From NCBI GenBank assembly GCA_036679605.1, contig JAZDCZ010000398.1:88141-152140 (forward strand): DNA of 64,000 nucleotides. The letters run 5' to 3'. Below are positions 17,998 to 26,248 of the stretch, piece by piece. Both the position numbers and the translations under genes were made by a program. The stretch's first letter is position 1, and the number at the start of each line of letters is the position of its first letter. Source of the stretch: Gemmatimonadota bacterium. Lineage in GTDB: Bacteria > Gemmatimonadota > Gemmatimonadetes > Gemmatimonadales > GWC2-71-9. A model generated the notes under the pieces. The model was not told where the DNA came from, did not search any database, and was given only the letters and a program-made list of their open reading frames with translations.

Positions 17998-19412
17998 CTC
18001 CCGTTCTCGAGTTTGCGGTTGTCTTTGGGCTAGGCCTGGCGGTTGGGGCCATCGCGTACGGCCTGTTGCGCGGAAAGAATCGTGGATCTCCGCCCGACTT
18101 TCGCTCCGGTGACATTCCGCATGTGCTGGACCTGCTGCGTCGCGCTCACGGGGCGATCGCAGTTTGTGCCGTAATGCCGGAGACAGATCCTGTAGTGGCG
18201 GACGGGGGTCATAAGGTCTCCAGCACCACCCTCGACAGAGTGGTTGCGCTGGCCAAGTTGGGCATGGGGGACGGCCGTGTGCATGTCGTCAACGAGGAAG
18301 AAACTCTGGTGGCTGTAGGTGATGGGCAAGTCGGTTTGTCGATGCTGCTCGAAGGTTCCGATGATGCGGAGCAGTCCGAGTCCGGCGCTGCCGATTTGAG
18401 GCGATTGGTGGCCGATTTGCGTGTCCAGAGAAACCGGGGTGCCTCGTTTGGGGGTTCGCGAGAACTTCGCGAGTGGATGGCTGGCGGTGCCGAGTCGGTG
18501 GAGGCCATCTCCGCGGAGGTGTGTGAGGCGGTGAGGGACGCGGTAGGAAGGCCCACGGCGCTGGTGTTTCGAGATCCGGCAGGTCAGGTAGCGATGGTGA
18601 TGGCAGCATCGACCGGGGCAGATCGAAGGCTGCTGGGTGCAAAGGTAGAAGCCGATACCTGTGCAGGCAGGGCTTGTGTCAGTGATGTGCCGATCGTAGG
18701 AACCACCTTTCAGGAGCTGTTCGGGTCGATCTTGGGAGACAGAAGGCAGCGGGATGAGCCGGGCGTGGCCTTTCCACTGCGAGACGGTCGCGAAGGCGTA
18801 GGATCCCTCGTCATCCTAGGGTCGACCAAATGGCTGGATTCGCCGATAAGGGAGCGTGTTGTTTGGCTTTTGGCCAATGCCGGCCCGAGGCTCGGCAGGT
18901 CGGTCGCCGTAGAGACAGCAGAGCACCTGGCGCTGACCGACCAATTGACGGGCCTTCCCAACCGGCGTGCTCTGGACCGGGCTCTGCACGACCAATCGGA
19001 CAGGACTGGCTCCCTTCTGTGTGTAGACCTCGACCATTTCAAGAAGCTGAATGACGGGTTCGGTCATGCGGCGGGTGACGCAGCCCTAAAGCATGTCGCC
19101 AAGATATTTAGGCAAGCGTTGAGGGATGGGGACGTCCCGGCGCGCACAGGTGGAGAGGAGTTCGCGCTGTGGCTGCCAGAAACCGGACAGGACGTCGCTC
19201 TAGAGGTCGCCGAGCGCGTGCGGGGGGCAGTGCACCGGTCATGGCTCAAGTGGGCAGGTGCAGAAGTGAGGCTGACCTGCTCGGTCGGTGTGGCCTCTAT
19301 CCCCGAGACCGTTGCCCATATCGATAATCTCCTAGCGGCTGCGGATATGGCACTCTACAGCGCCAAAGAGGCAGGGCGGGACCGGGTAGAGGTGGCCAAG
19401 AGCGAGCGTTAG
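17994..19412 (+). CDS. Diguanylate cyclase with N-terminal TM segment and GAF-like region
   Basis: DQLTGLPNRR, DLDHFK, GGEEF with RxxD I-site (RDGD). Confidence 0.92.
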   Translation: MTPVLEFAVVFGLGLAVGAIAYGLLRGKNRGSPPDFRSGDIPHVLDLLRRAHGAIAVCAVMPETDPVVADGGHKVSSTTLDRVVALAKLGMGDGRVHVVNEEETLVAVGDGQVGLSMLLEGSDDAEQSESGAADLRRLVADLRVQRNRGASFGGSRELREWMAGGAESVEAISAEVCEAVRDAVGRPTALVFRDPAGQVAMVMAASTGADRRLLGAKVEADTCAGRACVSDVPIVGTTFQELFGSILGDRRQRDEPGVAFPLRDGREGVGSLVILGSTKWLDSPIRERVVWLLANAGPRLGRSVAVETAEHLALTDQLTGLPNRRALDRALHDQSDRTGSLLCVDLDHFKKLNDGFGHAAGDAALKHVAKIFRQALRDGDVPARTGGEEFALWLPETGQDVALEVAERVRGAVHRSWLKWAGAEVRLTCSVGVASIPETVAHIDNLLAAADMALYSAKEAGRDRVEVAKSER

Positions 19413-19423
19413 CCGTTTAAGAT

Positions 19424-19458
19424 TTGCGATGTAGTCATAATGGCTGCATATTGCAGTC
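19424..19458 (+). promoter_or_regulatory. Putative sigma70 promoter with palindromic operator (leaderless transcript)
   Basis: ttgcga-N17-catatt ending 6 nt before the ATG; imperfect palindrome atgtagtcat-a-atggctgcat at 19429-19449. Confidence 0.5.
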
Positions 19459-19974
19459 ATGGACAAACGCACCATTACGGTTCGGGGTGTTCCGGACTGG
19501 GTCTTACGGGTCATCCGAGAGAAGGCCGAGGCCAATCGTCGGAGCCTGAACGGCGAGTTGCTGGTGATTCTGGAGCATGCCGGGGTCGGGTGCCGGGAGC
19601 CCAATGCAGGCGCGTCCCGAGTTAGCGAAGCACCGGCGGAGTTCTATGCAGTAGCCCCGGAGTGGGCGTCGCCGCAAACCCTCGCAGAATCTGTGAACCA
19701 CGACGAACTCGCCGCGGTCTGCCGTCGGCACCACATCCAGTGGCTGGCCGTCTTCGGATCCAGGGCTCGGGGTGATGCGCGATCGGACAGCGACGTGGAT
19801 GTCGTAGTGGATTTCGAACCCGGAATGACGCCGGGCCTTGGGATTGTGACGGTGGCCGAGGCGCTGCGGCCGGCGCTTGGCGGATGGCGGGTGGACCTCG
19901 TGACGCGAAAGGGCCTCCGGCCTCGCGTCAGCGAACACATAATGGCCACTGCGCTGCCGTTGTATGGCGTTTGA
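19459..19974 (+). CDS. Arc/FitA-like ribbon-helix-helix fused to a minimal nucleotidyltransferase (MNT) antitoxin
   Basis: ITVRGVP...KAEANRRSLNGELLVIL; FGSRARG...DSDVD. Confidence 0.88.
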   Translation: MDKRTITVRGVPDWVLRVIREKAEANRRSLNGELLVILEHAGVGCREPNAGASRVSEAPAEFYAVAPEWASPQTLAESVNHDELAAVCRRHHIQWLAVFGSRARGDARSDSDVDVVVDFEPGMTPGLGIVTVAEALRPALGGWRVDLVTRKGLRPRVSEHIMATALPLYGV

Positions 19975-20299
19975 CGATCGTCTGACGCTCGAGCAGATGC
20001 TTGACACCGTGCGGCGCATCCGGGCGATTGCACGGGGGCAGACCCGCGACGCGTTCGACGCCGATGAGGTTTGCCAGCTCGCTATGCTGCACCTCATCCA
20101 GGTGCTGGGCGAGGCTGCCAGCCGGACCTCAGCCGACTTCCGTGGCGCGCATCCCGAGCTTCCCTGGGCGCAGATGATGGGAATGCGCAATCGCATCGTG
20201 CACGGCTACGACAACGTAGATCCGGACATCGTATGGCGTGTGGCGACGGAAGATGTTGAGCAACTGCTGGCAGTGTTGGAGCGGATCGTGACCGGGTGA
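19964..20299 (+). CDS. HEPN (DUF86/HepT-like) RNase toxin
   Basis: RNRIVHGY (Rx4HxY); overlaps the MNT gene. Confidence 0.92.
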   Translation: MAFDDRLTLEQMLDTVRRIRAIARGQTRDAFDADEVCQLAMLHLIQVLGEAASRTSADFRGAHPELPWAQMMGMRNRIVHGYDNVDPDIVWRVATEDVEQLLAVLERIVTG

Positions 20300-20385
20300 T
20301 CCGAAGCCATCGCACGCGGGCGGCGGGTAGAGGTAGCCGGTATGCTTGCCGTTAATCGGTAGTAGCGGCTAGATTTAGTCCAATC

Positions 20386-20739
20386 GGGGGCGACCGGATT
20401 CGACGGATCTGGTGAAAACTCCGCTGCGTGTCCAGGTTCTCAGTCTCCTGGTAAAACAACTGGGAAAAAACACAATTGCCAACTCTAACTTGGCTTTGGC
20501 TGCGTAAGCATTTGGTGCGCACCTGCTCGTGTCTGCAGCTCGCCTGAGGCGGCGCACGGGTATCGTAAATTCGGGCTGGCGCCAAGCTTCGCTTTCGGGT
20601 GCGGCGTGAGATTTTAGAGAGCTTGTTCAGCGGTTGGATGGCTGCGTGCCTGCCGCTGGAGACCTTAAAGCGTAGCCTATGCACGTAGATGCGGTCTTGG
20701 ATCGAGGTTCGGACCGGGGTTCGACTCCCCGCGCCTCCA
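20386..20739 (+). ncRNA. ssrA: tmRNA, tag (A)ANSNLALAA; CCA not encoded
   Basis: 5' GGGGGCG..GGATTCGAC; tag reading frame 20478-20507; 3' T-arm GGGGTTCGACTCCCC and acceptor CGCCTCCA. Confidence 0.97.
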
Positions 20740-20740
20740 T
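20716..20740 (+). repeat. attL core (25 bp, tmRNA 3' end)
   Basis: ggggttcgactccccgcgcctccat, identical at 28238-28262. Confidence 0.95.
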
Positions 20741-20748
20741 TTCTGTTG

Positions 20749-23313
20749 TTAGTTCTCGAACTTCGCGAGCAACGCTTGAAACCGCGAATGATCACGCAAC
20801 GGGTCCCAGAGTGGATCGATGCGAAGCACTGGAACGGAAACGACCGAACTAACGCCCGAAAGTTGCTCCAGAAGATCAACCGCGGCGTCATAGTCCCCGA
20901 TCAGCATGTAGATCTCGGCCACAGTCGGCCTGAGTGAGAGCCCGGCCGCAATCCGCCTGGCGTCCTCCGTGTTGCCCAAGTGCGCATACGCGAGACCGAG
21001 GTTTTTCGAGGTTCTGTTCGGGTACTGCGAGTTCCCCCGTCGTCCTTCCAGAACCACTCTCGCCGAGTCGTAGTACGCCTCTGCTTCAGTAGCCCTGAGG
21101 TTGCGCCCCGCTGCGTCCGCCCTGGCGAAGTAATACGCCACGCTGTCTGCAGGGTCATCCAGGGTGCGCCTTTGGATCGCGTCATCGAAGTGGTCGGCGA
21201 AGACCCTGAGCACCAGGGCATCGTCGAAGTCCCAGCTCACCAGCATGAAGTTCACGAGATCAGCCCGACCCGCATCGGCCTCCACCACCCCTTGCGCGCG
21301 TTCGCGGCTTCCGTCCAAGCGCAGATAAAGGAGCATCTTCCAGAAGTAGTTAAAGGGATTGTCAGGCTGGAGCACGATGCCGCGGTCATAGAGCGCCTCC
21401 GCCTCGTCATACCGCCCGGCTGCCATGCGCTGCCCAGCCAGACGCTGGAGGATCCATTCGGAGCGAGGGTCGAGCTTGAGAGCCGCTTCAAGGGTGGCCG
21501 TGGCCTCATCGTCCTTACCCAGTTGGCGCTGACTATCCGCGAGCCGCAGCAGGACAGATGCGTCATTGGGCCGTGCTTGCCTGGCCGCCTGGAAATGTTG
21601 CTCCGCAAGGTCAAGGCGTCGCGTAACCCATAGGTGATAAGCGCCCATTGCCATATGGGCTGCAGGATGGTCGGGCGCCAGTTGGATAGCTCGCTCGGCG
21701 GCGCTCCGTGCTTTGGGCACGGCGTCGGCCTGGCTGAAACTGAGCTCCCAGCCAAGGTACGAATACGTTTGCGCCAGCATCGCGTAGGCCTCGACGTACT
21801 CCGGATCCGCGGCGACCGCTCGCTCGAACATGTCGGTCGCCAGGCGAACATCCTCTAAGCGACGGCGATCGCGATTGAAATAGCTCCTCCCTCTCAGGTA
21901 ATAGTCGTACGCTTCCTCACTGTCCGTGCCCTGCGATGCGAGCAATTCTCGCTCGCGCTGTGGCAGGACGACGTCCATGCTCGCGGCGATTCGGGTCGCG
22001 ATCTCGGCCTGGACGCGGAATATGTCTCCGGCCACCAGCTCCGCCGTATAGGCTTTCGCCCACAGGTGCGTCTCATCGGAGGCCCGGATCAGCTGGGGCG
22101 TGATGCGTACCTGCCCGGCTCCCTCGGCTGCTCGGTCCGTCCGCACCGTGCCCTCGAGCACGTAATCCAGGTCGAGCTCATTGGCGATCTCTCGAGCTGA
22201 CAGTGGGCTTCCCACGTATTGAATCGCCGTCTGACGTGCGATGACCCGTAACCCGCTGAAGTTCGACAGCCTGCTCGTGATCTCTTCGGTCATCCCGTCC
22301 GCGAAATAGTTGTCCTCGGAGGGGCTCAAGTTCACGAAAGGCAGTACGATCAGTCGTGGGACCGCGTCATGGTTATCTGCTGCGGCGCCGTTACGGCTCA
22401 GCATCACCGCGACGGTGGCGATGACGAACAGGACCGCGGCAACAGCGAGTCCGATCCGGTGCCGTGGCGCGGACGCCGCCAGGGCGGGTGAGTCGGTCAC
22501 CGGCTCGCGAGGGACGAGGTTCGAGCCTGCTTGCGTCCGGTTGGGCGTCTCGGTGGTCACCGAGGCCAAATCCACGATGGCCGGCGCGTTACGTATCTCA
22601 TGGAGGAGGTTCAGTGTCTCGGCCGCCGGCTCCAGATCGAGCTCGGCACGGAATCGCGCCTCGAATTGCTCGTATGCGAGGGCTGCGCCACCGCGGTCAC
22701 CGCTGCTTGCCAGCAGACTCATGAGCGCTCGCACATGAGACTCCTCGAATGGAGCCAGCGCGAGGGCTCTGCGGGCGAACTCGACCGCCGTCGGGAGGTC
22801 CTGCTCCTTCCGTTGCCTGGAGAGCGTCGCTGCCGCCGCCGCCGCCGAGCTACGAAGCGTGGCGGAGCGTCGGTCCCGCCAGTGGTCGAATTCCGGACAT
22901 CCGCTCACGTAGAGGTCCTCGACCAGGTCGCCGCGGTACAACTCCAACGCCCTCTCTAGATCTCCGGCCGCTACGCTCTGCTCGAAGTCCACCACGTCAC
23001 ATCCGAGCAGGTCGTGGTCGACCACCAGCTCGCGGTCGCCGCGATTGATGACCACGCCCTCGGCCAGTGAGCGCCGCAGGCGGTGTAGGGCCTGTCGTAG
23101 CGCGTTGCTGGCTTCGTCCTCGGTGCGATCGGGCCAGAAGACCCCGATCAGCTTGTCACGGGAAAGATTGCGTTCGGGATCGACCACCAGATAGGCCAAT
23201 AAGGCGAGGCGTTTGGGCTGCGCAAGGACCGAGAGTACCTGCCTGCCGTCCGGTGCCGCCAGATCGAGAGAACCCAGTAACCGTAAGTGAAACAATATCT
23301 TGTCCCATCCCAT
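20749..23313 (-). CDS. SARP/BTAD regulator with TM helix, TolB-N-like domain and TPR repeats
   Basis: LRLLG..PKRLALLAYL..LRQALHRLR, ALELYRGDL, TM segment, VLPFVNLS..FADGMTEEI, TPRs, LRIDPLWDPLR end; start uncertain. Confidence 0.88.
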   Translation of the reverse strand: MGWDKILFHLRLLGSLDLAAPDGRQVLSVLAQPKRLALLAYLVVDPERNLSRDKLIGVFWPDRTEDEASNALRQALHRLRRSLAEGVVINRGDRELVVDHDLLGCDVVDFEQSVAAGDLERALELYRGDLVEDLYVSGCPEFDHWRDRRSATLRSSAAAAAATLSRQRKEQDLPTAVEFARRALALAPFEESHVRALMSLLASSGDRGGAALAYEQFEARFRAELDLEPAAETLNLLHEIRNAPAIVDLASVTTETPNRTQAGSNLVPREPVTDSPALAASAPRHRIGLAVAAVLFVIATVAVMLSRNGAAADNHDAVPRLIVLPFVNLSPSEDNYFADGMTEEITSRLSNFSGLRVIARQTAIQYVGSPLSAREIANELDLDYVLEGTVRTDRAAEGAGQVRITPQLIRASDETHLWAKAYTAELVAGDIFRVQAEIATRIAASMDVVLPQRERELLASQGTDSEEAYDYYLRGRSYFNRDRRRLEDVRLATDMFERAVAADPEYVEAYAMLAQTYSYLGWELSFSQADAVPKARSAAERAIQLAPDHPAAHMAMGAYHLWVTRRLDLAEQHFQAARQARPNDASVLLRLADSQRQLGKDDEATATLEAALKLDPRSEWILQRLAGQRMAAGRYDEAEALYDRGIVLQPDNPFNYFWKMLLYLRLDGSRERAQGVVEADAGRADLVNFMLVSWDFDDALVLRVFADHFDDAIQRRTLDDPADSVAYYFARADAAGRNLRATEAEAYYDSARVVLEGRRGNSQYPNRTSKNLGLAYAHLGNTEDARRIAAGLSLRPTVAEIYMLIGDYDAAVDLLEQLSGVSSVVSVPVLRIDPLWDPLRDHSRFQALLAKFEN

Positions 23314-23421
23314 GGAGGAGTGCGTGCTCGCCAGATAACGCCGGGTAACGGTCCTGTAACCGGGCATCGGGACACTTGCTAATCATACGGTCGGATTCGC
23401 CGCACCGGAACACCCTCATCC

Positions 23422-23497
23422 AGTCTGGAGACGAACGATGAAGAATGGTCTCACTATCCCAGCGGCTCTGGGAGCCGCCCTGATTCTCGCCGGCTGC
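23422..23497 (+). repeat. 76-bp exact direct repeat, copy 1 (RBS plus lipoprotein signal peptide)
   Basis: Identical to 24862-24937. Confidence 0.95.
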
Positions 23498-24832
23498 GGG
23501 GGTAACGACGGCCCTACCAGTTCAAGCCCTACCAGTTCAAACCCTGCGACGCTGGCGATTACTACGACGTCGCTATCAAACGCCCAACAGGCTGTTGCCT
23601 ACAGTGCGACGCTCGTGGCCACCGGAGGAGACGGCAGTTACGCGTGGTCGGTAACGGTCGGGTCGCTACCGACGGAGCTCTCGTTGAACACGTCCACGGG
23701 CGTGATCTCGGGGACACCGACGGTGGCCGAGACCCAGAACTTCACGGTCCAGGTCGCAAGCGGCGACGGTCAGACAGCCGCGGGACAGCTCTCGATCACC
23801 GTGCCGCTGGTTTACCAGTCGGTGAGCGCTGGATTCTTCTACAGTTGCGGGGTCAAGGAAGCGGGGGGCGCCTACTGCTGGGGCAATAACACCAACGGCC
23901 AGCTCGGGGACGGCACCTTCACGGCCAGAAATGTGTCGGCGGCGGTCTCGGGCGGGCTCACCTTCCAGTCGCTGAGCGCTGGCCAGACATTCAGTTGCGG
24001 GGTCACGACGGCGGGGGACGCCTACTGCTGGGGCAACGCGTTGACCGTGAGCACTGTGCCGGTTGCGGTCCCGGGCGGCCTCACCTTCCAGTCGGTGAGC
24101 CCTGGCGTCGGATTCAGTTGCGGGGTGACGACGGCGGGCGACGCCTACTGCTGGGGCGAGAACACCAACGGCGAGCTCGGGGACGGCACCACCACCGCGG
24201 CCAGCAATGTGCCGGTGGCGGTCTCGGGCGGGCTCACGTTCCAGTCGGTGAGCGCTGGCTTCGGATTCAGTTGCGGGGTGACGACGGCAGGTGACGCCTA
24301 CTGCTGGGGCAGTAACGCGGCGGGCGAGGGCGGGAACGGCACCAACACGAAGAGCAATGTGCCGGTGGCGGTCTCGGGCGGGCTCACCTTCCAGTCGGTG
24401 AGCACTGGCAGCGACCACAGTTGCGGTGTGACGACGGCGGGGGCCGCCTACTGCTGGGGCTTTAACGGCTCCGGCCTCCTCGGGGACGGCACCACCACCG
24501 CGGCCAGCAATGTGCCGGTGGCGGTCTTAGGCGGGCTCACCTTCCAGTCGGTGACCGCTGGCGGCACCCACAGTTGCGGGGTGACGACGGCGGGGGTCCC
24601 CTACTGCTGGGGCGGGAACACCAACGGCGAGCTCGGGGACGGCACCAACACGAACAGCAATGTGCCGGTGGGGGTCACGGGCGGGCTCACCTACCAGTCG
24701 GTGATCGCTGGCGATCACCACAGTTGCGGGCTCACGACGGCGGGGGCCGCCTACTGCTGGGGCCTCAACGTCTTCGGCTCGCTCGGGGACGGCACCAACA
24801 CGGACAGCAACGTGCCGGTTGTTGTCAGGTAG
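23438..24832 (+). CDS. Lipoprotein with putative Ig (He_PIG-like) domain and seven RCC1-like repeats
   Basis: LAGC lipobox; GSLPTELSLNTSTGVISGTP; 7 x SCG....G.[AP]YCWG. Confidence 0.9.
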   Translation: MKNGLTIPAALGAALILAGCGGNDGPTSSSPTSSNPATLAITTTSLSNAQQAVAYSATLVATGGDGSYAWSVTVGSLPTELSLNTSTGVISGTPTVAETQNFTVQVASGDGQTAAGQLSITVPLVYQSVSAGFFYSCGVKEAGGAYCWGNNTNGQLGDGTFTARNVSAAVSGGLTFQSLSAGQTFSCGVTTAGDAYCWGNALTVSTVPVAVPGGLTFQSVSPGVGFSCGVTTAGDAYCWGENTNGELGDGTTTAASNVPVAVSGGLTFQSVSAGFGFSCGVTTAGDAYCWGSNAAGEGGNGTNTKSNVPVAVSGGLTFQSVSTGSDHSCGVTTAGAAYCWGFNGSGLLGDGTTTAASNVPVAVLGGLTFQSVTAGGTHSCGVTTAGVPYCWGGNTNGELGDGTNTNSNVPVGVTGGLTYQSVIAGDHHSCGLTTAGAAYCWGLNVFGSLGDGTNTDSNVPVVVR

Positions 24833-24861
24833 TAGCTCCCCGCGGCGGAACACCCTTTTGA

Positions 24862-24937
24862 AGTCTGGAGACGAACGATGAAGAATGGTCTCACTATCCC
24901 AGCGGCTCTGGGAGCCGCCCTGATTCTCGCCGGCTGC
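24862..24937 (+). repeat. 76-bp exact direct repeat, copy 2
   Basis: Identical to 23422-23497, offset 1440 bp. Confidence 0.95.
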
Positions 24938-24991
24938 AGGCGAGCGAGCGACGAGACCGCGGAGAGCCCCTCACAAATCCACAGTCCTTAA
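24878..24991 (+). pseudogene. 37-aa lipoprotein stub (duplicated signal peptide plus 17 aa)
   Basis: MKNGLTIPAALGAALILAGC-RRASDETAESPSQIHSP*. Confidence 0.6.
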
Positions 24992-25003
24992 CAGGAGGTT
25001 ACC

Positions 25004-25591
25004 ATGCGTACCATACAACTCGCCGGGAGCTTGCTGCTCGGCACCATGCTCGTAGTCGGCTGCACCGAGCAGCAGAACCCGACCGCGCCGGAGGCCGACG
25101 CCCTGTCGGCGACACCGCTATTCAACCGCGCGGGTGGTGCGGTACACCATGTGTCCGTGAGCGGCGCGGATGTCTTTTGTGAAGCCTTTGGTAACCAGAC
25201 CGGTTGCGATGCCAACCTCTCACTGGTTGCGAATGGGTTCGCCGATGGGAGTGCAAGGGGACAATGGCAGGACGTTCAAGGCCCCAAGGACGAGTTCGGC
25301 CCACCCCCTTTTCCCGTTCACATAGCGATTGACTGTCTCCACGTTGTCGGTAACGAAGCATGGGTAAGTGGAGCGGTTACACTTCCCAGCTTTCTCTCTG
25401 GGATTAGAGTACTGTCGAGGATGGCGGACAACGGCAGCACTCCGAACGATCCCCTGGATCAGGTCAGTTTCCTGCATATTACCGAAATTCCCTGCACCGA
25501 TGCGCCCACCGAGACTACGGACGTACCAGGCTTTGGTACCGGCTTCTTTGTTCTATATGACCTGACCAATGGGCAGGTCGTGGTGCGGTAG
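25004..25591 (+). CDS. Hypothetical lipoprotein
   Basis: RBS caggagg, signal ending VVGC. Confidence 0.75.
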   Translation: MRTIQLAGSLLLGTMLVVGCTEQQNPTAPEADALSATPLFNRAGGAVHHVSVSGADVFCEAFGNQTGCDANLSLVANGFADGSARGQWQDVQGPKDEFGPPPFPVHIAIDCLHVVGNEAWVSGAVTLPSFLSGIRVLSRMADNGSTPNDPLDQVSFLHITEIPCTDAPTETTDVPGFGTGFFVLYDLTNGQVVVR

Positions 25592-25621
25592 CGAAGCTGT
25601 CCTCTGCGGAGACAATGTCGA

Positions 25622-25658
25622 GCCCCCGCCCGACGCAGGATCGGGACGGGGGCGCTTT
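25622..25658 (+). terminator. Putative intrinsic terminator
   Basis: gcccccgcccga / tcgggacgggggc stem followed by gcttt. Confidence 0.45.
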
Positions 25659-25893
25659 GGTTCGCAGCCCTGAGCGTTCCAGCGGCGTTCGGGCAATAAA
25701 GGAAGGCGATCGTCTGCTCGCCTTCTTTATGGTGACAACCGGCATTGCTTCAGAGGGAACTGTGATCGCTGAGTAGTACTTGGATTCAATTATCTGTGTA
25801 ACGCTATTGATCTGCAGATCAAATATGCTAATGCATATTGACGCGCCGATGCCCCAGCGACTCAAACATGCTCTTCGAACAAAGATCTATCAG

Positions 25894-25963
25894 TTCCCTA
25901 TAGGGAATCCAGACATTGCACAATCTCACGAGCTTGGCTATAGTCCCTTAAAGGGAACTATAG
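25894..25963 (+). promoter_or_regulatory. hipBA promoter with two palindromic operators
   Basis: ttccctatagggaa (25894-25907); ttgcac-N17-tatagt (25916-25944); ctatagtcccttaaagggaactatag (25938-25963). Confidence 0.7.
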
Positions 25964-26248
25964 ATGAATCCAACACAATGTAGGGTGCGGGATCTCCGTC
26001 AGTTGGGAGCGGTCATGCGCTCACGCCGCGAGGCTGCCGGCCTCACTCTCGACGAAGCTTCGGACCTCCTTGGAGTCGGCAGACGGTTTCTGATCGAATT
26101 GGAGCACGGGAAACGCCGCGCCAACATCGAGACATTGCTCCAGGTCTTGAACGCGCTGGGGTTGGAGATGGTGATTGAACCTAGGACCGCAGCCGGAACG
26201 GCCTCTGCCGACGGACCGCCGGGCTCCGCCTCCGAGACCCAGTATTGA
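25964..26248 (+). CDS. hipB: HipB-like XRE antitoxin
   Basis: RREAAGLTL..ASDLLGVGRRFLIELEHGK helix-turn-helix; overlaps the hipA start. Confidence 0.85.
   Translation: MNPTQCRVRDLRQLGAVMRSRREAAGLTLDEASDLLGVGRRFLIELEHGKRRANIETLLQVLNALGLEMVIEPRTAAGTASADGPPGSASETQY

Noticed and set aside
20352..20891. 179-aa minus-strand ORF over ssrA
   Set aside because: Antisense to tmRNA with no protein features.
23512..23541. 15-bp tandem duplication (PTSSS/PTSSN)
   Set aside because: Ordinary low-complexity lipoprotein linker.
23805..24832. Regular repeats suggesting a CRISPR array or DGR template/variable repeats
   Set aside because: They are in-frame RCC1 coding repeats. There are no unique spacers, no cas or reverse transcriptase gene, and the differences are not adenine-specific.
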